DNA of 32,000 bases from Pseudoalteromonas tetraodonis (GTDB lineage Bacteria > Pseudomonadota > Gammaproteobacteria > Enterobacterales > Alteromonadaceae), in assembly GCF_002310835.1 (NCBI RefSeq), contig NZ_CP011041.1:2700001-2732000 (forward strand), given 5' to 3'. A program made the translations under genes and the position numbers. Each line of letters begins with the position of its first letter. Position 1 is the first letter of the stretch. Under the pieces are notes generated by a model. It had not been told where the DNA came from and ran no database searches. It saw only the letters and a program-made list of their open reading frames with translations. Below, piece after piece: positions 7,432 through 15,360 of the stretch.

Positions 7432-9270
7432 TTACAAACTCCCACGCGCAAATTTAAACGCCGCGCCTTGCTGCGCTTGTTTTACTAGGTAAAACGCTTC
7501 TTTAAGCTGATGACGCTCTAACGAATTGAGCTTATCTGGGTTTATACAATTGCTGGGTAACCCCTCTTCGTTTATTTGTGTGCGCAGCCGAAGCTGAGTT
7601 AAAAATCGCCAACAATCTTTTAAATTATAAATATCTTCTTTGCTTAACAATGAATACTTTAATAAAGCGTCTAACCGCTCTTGGGTGTTAGCACGGCGGA
7701 TGCCTACTTTTAATGCATACAGCCTTGCCAGATCGTTAATGATCACAACCCCGCGTTTTTTAAGATCGATGTATTTGTGATGCTGCTCGGTTTTTTCAGT
7801 TTTAAAGTTATTAAATAACCCAATCGGCGCGCTGTTGGTATTCACATCGCTGGCCATTGCCGCATAAAAAAGATCGTTGCGAGAAATATGGGTTAACTCT
7901 TCACAAAACTGGCTATAAAGCGTGGTTGATCCTTCAATAAAACGCAGATCAAAAAATATTTTACAGTTGAGCATTGCCTGGGGTGTGGGGCTGGTGATCC
8001 ACTTTAAAAACTTCGCCCGCCAATCACTAACACTCATTCGACACGCATCACTGCTGGCCATAATGTTACCAGGGCAACGACGAATACCGCATTCAACTAA
8101 GTTTTCACAAACAAATTCACCCATTTGTTTAAAGTACGCGTGCTGCTCATCGTTTAGACCATCGGGTAATAACAAGCCGTTATCTTGATCAGAATGCAGT
8201 GTTTGCTCTTCGCGCGCTTGAGAGCCAAAACAAATAAAGCTAAAGCTCGTAGGTGCAACACCATGTTGTTGTTGAAATAAAAATATTAGCCTCGAGGTTA
8301 GCGCATCGGTTAAACCGCTGAGTAGTTTTCCAATCAGTGAAATATCATCAATATTATTAGAAAACCCCTTTAATAACTCAGGAATTTCTTTAGCGTAACG
8401 CTTTAAATCAGCGACATTATGCGCTTTATAAATACGACCAATGAGCTGGACAGGGTCGCTTTTTTGTTGGCGTAGTAAGTCTGTACTAGTGATCATACCT
8501 AGCGGTTTATGATTTTCATCAAGCACAGGTAAATGATGAATATTATGCTTAAGCATTAAGTGTAGCGCTGAAAACACACGATTATTTTCAAATATAAACT
8601 TAGGCTTATTGGTCATAATACTATTGATAGCTTGCGCGGGGTCCACCTCATCAGCAAGCACTCGATTACGTAAATCACGGTCAGTAACCACCCCAACAAG
8701 GTGCGAGTTTTCGGTGATCATTATTGAAGAAACCCCATGCTCTTGCATTTTTTTAGCACTATGACGGATGCTGGCATCGGGGGGCAGCGTTATCGCTTTG
8801 CGAGTCATGATCTCTGAAATTTTACGCTCAGACCAGCTGTCGTTGTTGCTCTTATAATGCGATGACAGTAATCGATTTGCATGTGCACGGACAAAGTATT
8901 GCTCAAAGGCTTTATATTCTCGGCGTAAATAATCAAAATGCGTTTGGTCGAGCATATACACTATGCCCTCTTTTTGTACTTCTAAACTGTTTTGAATTGC
9001 ATCTCCCGTTAGTAAAGAGGGGTAACCAAAGTAATCACCTTGAGTTAAACGCGTTACCGTATCGCCTTTGGCATCGACTAAATCGTATAACCCGGAGCGG
9101 ATTAAAAATAATTTAGGCTGTTCACTGTTAAGCCATTGCGTTTGGTTTTCTCGGGTCAAATAAATACTATCGAGATGGTTAACAAAATAACTGCAGGCGC
9201 TGTCCTGTAACATTGAAAATGGTGCTTGCTTGTTAATAAACTGCGCGACTTCCTGTTGCTCACTACTCAT
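7432..9270 (-). CDS. cNMP-binding / tandem CBS / DUF294 nucleotidyltransferase signal-transduction protein
   Basis: 612 aa. N-terminal cyclic-nucleotide-binding-like fold (...LIRSGLYDL...GDYFGYPSLL...), then two CBS motifs (...IMTRKAITLPPD...VSSIMITENSHLVGVVTDRDL...HHLPVLDENHKPLGMITSTDLL). The nucleotidyltransferase signature is CFGSQAREEQTLHSDQDNGLL (G-S...D-x-D). A C-terminal helical substrate-binding-like region follows. Confidence 0.8.
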   Translation of the reverse strand: MSSEQQEVAQFINKQAPFSMLQDSACSYFVNHLDSIYLTRENQTQWLNSEQPKLFLIRSGLYDLVDAKGDTVTRLTQGDYFGYPSLLTGDAIQNSLEVQKEGIVYMLDQTHFDYLRREYKAFEQYFVRAHANRLLSSHYKSNNDSWSERKISEIMTRKAITLPPDASIRHSAKKMQEHGVSSIMITENSHLVGVVTDRDLRNRVLADEVDPAQAINSIMTNKPKFIFENNRVFSALHLMLKHNIHHLPVLDENHKPLGMITSTDLLRQQKSDPVQLIGRIYKAHNVADLKRYAKEIPELLKGFSNNIDDISLIGKLLSGLTDALTSRLIFLFQQQHGVAPTSFSFICFGSQAREEQTLHSDQDNGLLLPDGLNDEQHAYFKQMGEFVCENLVECGIRRCPGNIMASSDACRMSVSDWRAKFLKWITSPTPQAMLNCKIFFDLRFIEGSTTLYSQFCEELTHISRNDLFYAAMASDVNTNSAPIGLFNNFKTEKTEQHHKYIDLKKRGVVIINDLARLYALKVGIRRANTQERLDALLKYSLLSKEDIYNLKDCWRFLTQLRLRTQINEEGLPSNCINPDKLNSLERHQLKEAFYLVKQAQQGAAFKFARGSL

Positions 9271-9311
9271 AAATCATCCTCAATAAAAAAGCGACTTAAC
9301 CTGAAATATGG

Positions 9312-9351
9312 TTATTTAATATAGCGATTATTTAATGTAGTCATTATTTAA
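9312..9351. repeat. Three direct TTATTTAA repeats at exact 16-bp phasing upstream of the DUF294 gene
   Basis: TTATTTAA occurs at 9312..9319, 9328..9335 and 9344..9351 (extended units gTTATTTAATaTAG / aTTATTTAATgTAG / aTTATTTAAac). They lie 42-81 nt upstream of the ATG at 9270 and just downstream of the symporter terminator. Confidence 0.45.
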
Positions 9352-9355
9352 ACAA

Positions 9356-9384
9356 ATAAAAAGCCCGACTTAAGTCGGGCTTTG
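9356..9384 (-). terminator. Rho-independent terminator after the symporter gene
   Basis: AAGCCCGAC (9361..9369) pairs with GTCGGGCTT (9374..9382) around the loop TTAA. On the minus strand it is followed by TTTTTATTT, about 30 nt after the stop at 9411. Confidence 0.75.
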
Positions 9385-9410
9385 ATGGGTTATATCATTA
9401 GATATATGGA

Positions 9411-11135
9411 TTAGTGAGCATGCGCTTCACTAGACCCTTTAGGATTACGAATGCCTTCCACCATTTCTTGAATTTCAACTGGTGTTGGTTTAGTCATTTT
9501 CATTACAACTGCCGCTACTGCAAAGTTAATGATCATACCTACTAAACCAATCCCTTCAGGTGAAATACCTAAGAACCAATTTTCTGGGCTATTAAGCTCT
9601 GGGCTCACAAACTTGAAGTAGATGATGTATGCAGCAGTAAAGGTGATACCCGTTACCATGCCTGCAATTGCACCATGTTTATTCATTGATTTAGAGAAAA
9701 TACCCATAATAATTGCAGGGAAGAAGCTCGCCGCCGCTAAGCCGAAGGCAAAGGCAACAACCGAGGCCACAAATCCTGGCGGGTTAATCCCAAAGTAGGC
9801 GGATATTACAATAGCAATCATCGCTGCTAACCTCGCTGCAAGTAATTCTTGCTTGTCGGTTATATCCGGTTTGAGTGTCCGTTTTAGCAAATCGTGCGAT
9901 ACTGAGGTTGAAATAACCAATAGTAAGCCCGCTGTAGTCGATAGTGCCGCGGCAATACCACCAGCAGCAACGAGTGCAATAACCCATGCTGGTAAGTCGG
10001 CAATTTCAGGGTTCGCTAGTACCATAATATCGCGGTCAACGTTTACTTCGTTCGCGCTATTAGGGTCAGTGATTTTACCTGATGTGTAAAACATTTTGCC
10101 GTCACCATTTTTATCATTAAAGGTAATTAGGCCTGTGCGTTCCCAGTTTTTGATCCATGCAGGTGCATCTGCATACGCTGTGCCGCTACCGTCTTTACCA
10201 TTAATGGTGTCAATCATGTTTACACGGGCAAACGAAGCTACTGCAGGTGCTGTTGTGTAAACAATAGCAATGAACACCAGTGTCCACGCCGCTGAAATAC
10301 GTGTGTCCTTTACGCGAGGTACAGTGAAAAAGCGAACAATTACATGTGGTAAACCAGCAGTACCCACCATAAGAGCACCTGTAATTGCAAATACATCAAT
10401 CATGCTCTTCGAGCCTTCAGTGTATTGACCAAAGCCCAACTCAGTACTTAAACCATCTAATTTATCCAATACATACATGCCTGAACCATCACTTAGCGTG
10501 GCACCAAAGCCTGTTTGTGGGAAAAAGTGACCGGTTGCCATCATAGAGATGAAAATAGCCGGTACTAAATAAGCAAATACCAGTACACAGTACTGCGCAA
10601 CTTGCGTGTAAGTAATGCCTTTCATGCCACCAAGTACAGCATAAAAGAAAACAATAATCATGCCGATGTAAACGCCGGTTTCAATTTCAACTTCTAAGAA
10701 ACGCGAGAACACCACACCCACACCACGCATTTGACCCGCAATGTAAGTAAAACAAATAAAGATGGCACATAAAATAGCCACTAAGCGCGCAGTACGTGAG
10801 TAGTAACGGTCCCCGATAAAGTCTGGCACAGTAAACTTGCCGAATTTACGTAAGTAAGGCGCTAAACACATGGCCAGTAGTACATAACCACCCGTCCACC
10901 CCATTAAGTAAACACTACCGTCATAGCCAGCAAACGAAATAATACCTGCCATTGAAATAAATGACGCAGCACTCATCCAATCCGCAGCAGTTGCCATACC
11001 ATTGGCTAGTGGAGGTACACCGCCACCAGCAACGTAGAATTCATTTGTTGACCCAGCACGAGCCCAAATTGCAATACCGATATAAAGCGCAAAGCTTAAA
11101 CCGACAATTATAAATGTGAGTATTTGAACATCCAT
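9411..11135 (-). CDS. Sodium:solute symporter (SSS family), VC_2705-type large subunit; probable acetate/monocarboxylate permease
   Basis: 574 aa and polytopic. MDVQILTFIIVGLSFALYIGIAIWARAGSTNEFYVAGGGVPPLANGMATAADWMSAASFISMAG... is typical of ActP-like SSS permeases. It follows a DUF4212 small-subunit gene with a 10-bp gap. In E. coli actP the partner is DUF485/YjcH. Confidence 0.88.
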   Translation of the reverse strand: MDVQILTFIIVGLSFALYIGIAIWARAGSTNEFYVAGGGVPPLANGMATAADWMSAASFISMAGIISFAGYDGSVYLMGWTGGYVLLAMCLAPYLRKFGKFTVPDFIGDRYYSRTARLVAILCAIFICFTYIAGQMRGVGVVFSRFLEVEIETGVYIGMIIVFFYAVLGGMKGITYTQVAQYCVLVFAYLVPAIFISMMATGHFFPQTGFGATLSDGSGMYVLDKLDGLSTELGFGQYTEGSKSMIDVFAITGALMVGTAGLPHVIVRFFTVPRVKDTRISAAWTLVFIAIVYTTAPAVASFARVNMIDTINGKDGSGTAYADAPAWIKNWERTGLITFNDKNGDGKMFYTSGKITDPNSANEVNVDRDIMVLANPEIADLPAWVIALVAAGGIAAALSTTAGLLLVISTSVSHDLLKRTLKPDITDKQELLAARLAAMIAIVISAYFGINPPGFVASVVAFAFGLAAASFFPAIIMGIFSKSMNKHGAIAGMVTGITFTAAYIIYFKFVSPELNSPENWFLGISPEGIGLVGMIINFAVAAVVMKMTKPTPVEIQEMVEGIRNPKGSSEAHAH

Positions 11136-11145
11136 TGACTAGCTC

Positions 11146-11409
11146 CTATTCGTCTACGCCATATTTTTTATCTAACGTATTCATTTTGAAAACGTACACA
11201 AAAATCAAAGCCACAAAGGTATAAATCGCGCCTTGCTGGGCGAACCAGAAGCCAAGTTTAAACCCAAAAAAACGTACTTCATTTAGTACATCTACAAGTA
11301 ATATGCCAAAGCCAAAAGAGACCACAAACCATACCGCTAATAACTTAAACAGTAATGAAATGTTTTCTGCCCAATAAGCTTTTGCTTGTTCTTCATTTTT
11401 AAAAGCCAT
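11146..11409 (-). CDS. DUF4212 membrane protein (putative solute:sodium symporter small subunit)
   Basis: The ORF track extends to 11490. I prefer the internal ATG at 11409 (MAFKNEEQAKAYWAENISLLFKLLAVWFVVSFGFG...), which is preceded by AAAGGGGAAAATAAAA (an SD-like sequence). The resulting ~87-aa two-TM protein has the family-typical length. Confidence 0.78.
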   Translation of the reverse strand: MAFKNEEQAKAYWAENISLLFKLLAVWFVVSFGFGILLVDVLNEVRFFGFKLGFWFAQQGAIYTFVALIFVYVFKMNTLDKKYGVDE

Positions 11410-11871
11410 TTTTATTTTCCCCTTTAAACATCGCAAGATTACGATGGGTGGTTTTTTATATTCGTTAATCAATTTAGCAACGCTACTCAAATATTGAATT
11501 GCGACAATAGTCGTAACAACATGTTAACGTTTTCGTAAACTGTAGGCGCTTAATTAGTAAACAACAAGTGAACTACTTTAATTTCAGTAAGTTAATTAAT
11601 TTATTTGCGAGGTGTTTACGCCAATTTTTGAGTAAAGCGTGGGAATAAGACATTAGTCTAACTAAATAACCAATTTAAAATAAATCATTAAAAATCAATA
11701 CTTTATTTTATTTATAGATAATATAAATAAAATGTATACCCCCCTATTTAACCCGCAACCAAATATCGTAAAAACCCAAACTACCTCAAACGCCAACTGA
11801 CACTCGCATCTTGAAATAGTTTGGGTATAGTTATGGCAAATTATAAAAATATTCTACAAGGTTAAATAAAC

Positions 11872-14800
11872 ATGACGGCTGTACTACTCATTGTTGCCTT
11901 TGGCTACATAGGCGTGCTGTTTTGGCTGGCTAATTGGGGGGATAAAACCACGCCACTTGCCAAGCGTATTAGTCATCACCCGTTTGTGTATTCATTTGCA
12001 CTAGGTATTTATTGCACTTCATGGACTTACTACGGCTCAGTAGGCACAGCAGCGACCAGCAGCTGGAGTTTTTTACCTATATTGTTAGGCCCCGCTTTAT
12101 TGTTTTTTTTCGGTCAAGGCTTTTTACGTAAACTGGTACTGGTGAGTAAAAAACAAAATATCACCACTATTGCCGACTTTATTTCAGCCCGCTATGGTAA
12201 GCGTCAAACCACCGCCATTATGGTGACAATAATCGCCTTATTGGCCACCATTCCGTACATTGCATTGCAATTAAAAGCACTCAGCTCTAGCTTTTTACTC
12301 CTACAAAACAGCAATCAGATATCAGGGGATATTTTAGCGCTATCGGCCACGTTAATGATGGCGCTATTTGCTATATTTTTTGGTACGCGCAAAGTTGATG
12401 TAACCGAATACCGTTCAGGTTTAATGCTCGCTGTGGCGTTTGAATCTCTAGTTAAACTGTTTGCCTTAGCCGCCGTTGCAGGGCTTGCGATATACAGCTT
12501 ATTTAATTTACCTACCCAAAGTAGCAGTCAAGTTGCCGAGTCTATTTGGATGCACTGGACACACTTTGACTTTTTTAGTTTTAATTTTATCGGCCAGTCA
12601 CTTATGGCAGCAGCGGCTATTATTTGTTTGCCACGCCAATTTCATGTAACCGTGGTCGATAACCAAGATAAGCGCCATTTATTCACTGCGCGTTGGGCCT
12701 TCCCGCTGTATTTATTGCTAACAGCAGCAATGATTTTACCTATTGCCACCGCTGCGATTCACCCAGAAATAGGCCGCAGCTTATCACCAGACAGCTTTGT
12801 ACTTGCCTTACCTATGCTGCACAATAATGCTTTTTTGACTACGTTTGTGTTTATTGGGGGGCTTTCAGCAGCTACAGCCATGATTGTTGTAGCCACATTA
12901 ACGTTAAGTACCATGATCTCAAATGATGTGGTATTGCCGTTAATGTTACGTCGTAAATTTAAACGTAACTTAATTACCAGCAGCTATAAATCACGTATTT
13001 TACTAGTGCGTCGATTTACCATTGCCGGAGTACTTATTTTAGCTTACTTCTATCAGCAATGGTTTGGAAATGGCAGTGCACTGGCTAGTATGGGATTGGT
13101 TGCTTTTTCATTGGTATCGCAACTATTGCCTGCCATTGTGGGTGGTTTATATTGGCGAAAAGGCCATGCCTATGGGGTTTATGCTGGACTACTCGCCGGC
13201 GTGATATGTTGGGTGCTGTTTTTAATGTTGCCTATTTTAGATGCCCCCAACCCACTAGACAGTGAGTTACAACAAACCCTAATAACGCGCGGTACACTTA
13301 TCGCTTTGTTTGCTAATATTGGCTGTTACATTAGTTTTTCGCTAGGGGCTGAAGAGCGCTTAATCGACAAAATTCAAGCGGCTGCTTTTGTTAATCCTAA
13401 AGATCAGGCTATTTTATCGCGTCGATTAAATAAAAATGTAAAAGCCACGGTATACGACTTCAAAATACTGCTACAGACCTTTTTAGGGATTCAACGTAGC
13501 CAGCAAGTATTATCACACTATGCGCTTCATCACGACTTAAACGACAACAATGCTCACCCTCGCGCTGACTTTATTGCTTACTGCGAACGTGCGCTTACTG
13601 GGGTATTAGGTGCATCATCAGCGCAAGCACTTATTCATACCGTATCATCGGGCAAACGCATGGCGTTTGAAGAGGTGGTAAACTTTTTTGATGAAACCAC
13701 ACAAGCACTGCAGTTTAATCAAAACTTATTGTTTACCTCGTTAGAGAACTTAAGCCATGGCCTATCCGTTGTTGATAAAGACCTAAACCTCGTTGCTTGG
13801 AATAAGCGCTACAGTGAAATGTTTAACTACCCCGAGGGCTTTTTACAAGTTGGCCAACCTATTGAGGAAATAATCCGGTATAACGCAGAGCGCGGTGAAT
13901 GTGGCCCAGGTGAAATTGACCGTCATGTTGATAAGCGAGTTCAGCATTTAAAAAATGGTAGTTCACATCACTTTATTCGCCATCGTCGAAACGGCCAAGT
14001 GTATGAAATGATCGGTAACCCACTTCCTGATGGCGGATTTGTAACCAGTTTTTCTGATATTACTACTCACATTAGTACTCAAAATGCGCTAGAAGAAATT
14101 AATATGGACTTAGAAAACCGTATTGAAGCGCGCACCCAAGAAGTACAAACGATTAATAGTAATCTACAAGCACAAATAGATAGCCGCGTACAAACAGAGC
14201 AAGCACTTACTTTGGCCAAGCGTGAGGCAGAACAAGCTAATGATAGTAAAACTCGCTTTTTAGCATTGGCAAGTCACGATATTTTACAGCCATTGAATGC
14301 TGCACGTTTATACCTTGCCGCGATTGATGAAACACAACTAGACACCACGAATAAAAATAATTTTAATAAGCTTGGCGACAGTTTAGATTCAACGGTGCAT
14401 TTAATGTCGGCCTTACTCGAAATTGCAAAATTAGAACAAGGCGCAATGACCCCAAGCCCACGTCACTTTTGTATTGACGATATTTTAGACCCTCTCAAAA
14501 GTGAATATGCCATTTTATCAAGCGATAAAGGACTGTCATTTACAGTGCGCTCAAATAAGCAAATAGTGCATAGTGACATTACCTACTTGCGCCGAATACT
14601 ACAAAACTTGCTGTCTAATGCGATTAAATACACCGAAAATGGCCGAGTGCTAATTGCCTGCAGAAATCGTAAACACAGTTTACGCATAGAGGTATGGGAT
14701 ACAGGCCCAGGCATTAGCGATATTGAACAGGCAAAAATATTTAACGACTTTTACCGAATTGAAGCGGGCGACAATAAAGGCGTAGGCCTTGGTCTAGGGG

Positions 14801-15312
14801 TAGTTAAACGTATGGCTGATTTACTGAGCCTGCCGATTGATGTGGTTTCTTTACCTAATAAAGGCAGTCGATTTAGTATAGAAGTGCCTTATGGTGATGC
14901 GCAATTAGTGCAACAAAAACAAACAAATCAAAATATCGTAGACAACCGCGCTGCGATTAATATTATTGCCGTTGACGACGATCCTGAAAACTTAGCCGCG
15001 ATGGCCAGCTTATTGAAAAAATGGCGGGCAAATTACACCTTATTCGACAAAGTTGATGCTGTGTTAGCGTATGCTAAAGCGCATGCAGCGCCCGATGTTA
15101 TTTTAATGGATTATCAATTAGGTAATGATTGGGATGGCATTACTTTAATTAAAACACTGCGAGAGACTTGGCAAAGCGACATTCCGGCAATTTTAATTAC
15201 CGCGGTGCGTGACACCGAGCTAAAACAAACAACCAAAGCTGAAAATATTCATTACCTAAGTAAACCAGTAAAACCAGGTAAACTTAAGGCCCTGCTTAAT
15301 CATAGTACTTAA
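11872..15312 (+). CDS. crbS: Hybrid sensor histidine kinase with an N-terminal SSS transporter-like domain (CrbS-type: SSS-STAC-PAS-HisKA-HATPase-REC)
   Basis: 1146 aa. About 490 aa of the N-terminus is a polytopic SSS-like domain, followed by a linker. The PAS region is ...LSVVDKDLNLVAWNKRYSEMFNYPEGF...GNPLPDGGFVTSFSDIT, followed by a coiled coil. The H-box is RFLALASHDILQPLNAA, the N and G boxes are LLSNAIKYT...VWDTGPGI...GVGLGLG, and the C-terminal REC is IIAVDDDPENL...ILMDYQLG...SKPV. The terminal REC and the neighbours (DUF4212/SSS, DUF294, exonuclease) fit CrbS better than CbrA. Confidence 0.75.
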   Translation: MTAVLLIVAFGYIGVLFWLANWGDKTTPLAKRISHHPFVYSFALGIYCTSWTYYGSVGTAATSSWSFLPILLGPALLFFFGQGFLRKLVLVSKKQNITTIADFISARYGKRQTTAIMVTIIALLATIPYIALQLKALSSSFLLLQNSNQISGDILALSATLMMALFAIFFGTRKVDVTEYRSGLMLAVAFESLVKLFALAAVAGLAIYSLFNLPTQSSSQVAESIWMHWTHFDFFSFNFIGQSLMAAAAIICLPRQFHVTVVDNQDKRHLFTARWAFPLYLLLTAAMILPIATAAIHPEIGRSLSPDSFVLALPMLHNNAFLTTFVFIGGLSAATAMIVVATLTLSTMISNDVVLPLMLRRKFKRNLITSSYKSRILLVRRFTIAGVLILAYFYQQWFGNGSALASMGLVAFSLVSQLLPAIVGGLYWRKGHAYGVYAGLLAGVICWVLFLMLPILDAPNPLDSELQQTLITRGTLIALFANIGCYISFSLGAEERLIDKIQAAAFVNPKDQAILSRRLNKNVKATVYDFKILLQTFLGIQRSQQVLSHYALHHDLNDNNAHPRADFIAYCERALTGVLGASSAQALIHTVSSGKRMAFEEVVNFFDETTQALQFNQNLLFTSLENLSHGLSVVDKDLNLVAWNKRYSEMFNYPEGFLQVGQPIEEIIRYNAERGECGPGEIDRHVDKRVQHLKNGSSHHFIRHRRNGQVYEMIGNPLPDGGFVTSFSDITTHISTQNALEEINMDLENRIEARTQEVQTINSNLQAQIDSRVQTEQALTLAKREAEQANDSKTRFLALASHDILQPLNAARLYLAAIDETQLDTTNKNNFNKLGDSLDSTVHLMSALLEIAKLEQGAMTPSPRHFCIDDILDPLKSEYAILSSDKGLSFTVRSNKQIVHSDITYLRRILQNLLSNAIKYTENGRVLIACRNRKHSLRIEVWDTGPGISDIEQAKIFNDFYRIEAGDNKGVGLGLGVVKRMADLLSLPIDVVSLPNKGSRFSIEVPYGDAQLVQQKQTNQNIVDNRAAINIIAVDDDPENLAAMASLLKKWRANYTLFDKVDAVLAYAKAHAAPDVILMDYQLGNDWDGITLIKTLRETWQSDIPAILITAVRDTELKQTTKAENIHYLSKPVKPGKLKALLNHST

Positions 15313-15325
15313 CCACCAATAAACG

Positions 15326-15351
15326 CTTAAGCCCAGTAAAAACTGGGCTTA
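15326..15351. terminator. Strong hairpin between convergent crbS and DUF2339 genes
   Basis: TTAAGCCCAGT (15326..15336) pairs with ACTGGGCTTAA (15341..15351) around the loop AAAA, an 11-bp stem. There is no clear U-tract on either strand, so its efficiency as an intrinsic terminator is uncertain. Confidence 0.5.
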
Positions 15352-15360
15352 AAGCTATGC

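Noticed and set aside
11410-11490. 27-codon N-terminal extension of the DUF4212 ORF (MSSVAKLINEYKKPPIVILRCLKGKIK)
   Set aside because: The internal ATG at 11409 has an SD-like AAAGGGG upstream and yields the family-typical length of about 87 aa. The extension is not hydrophobic or conserved-looking.
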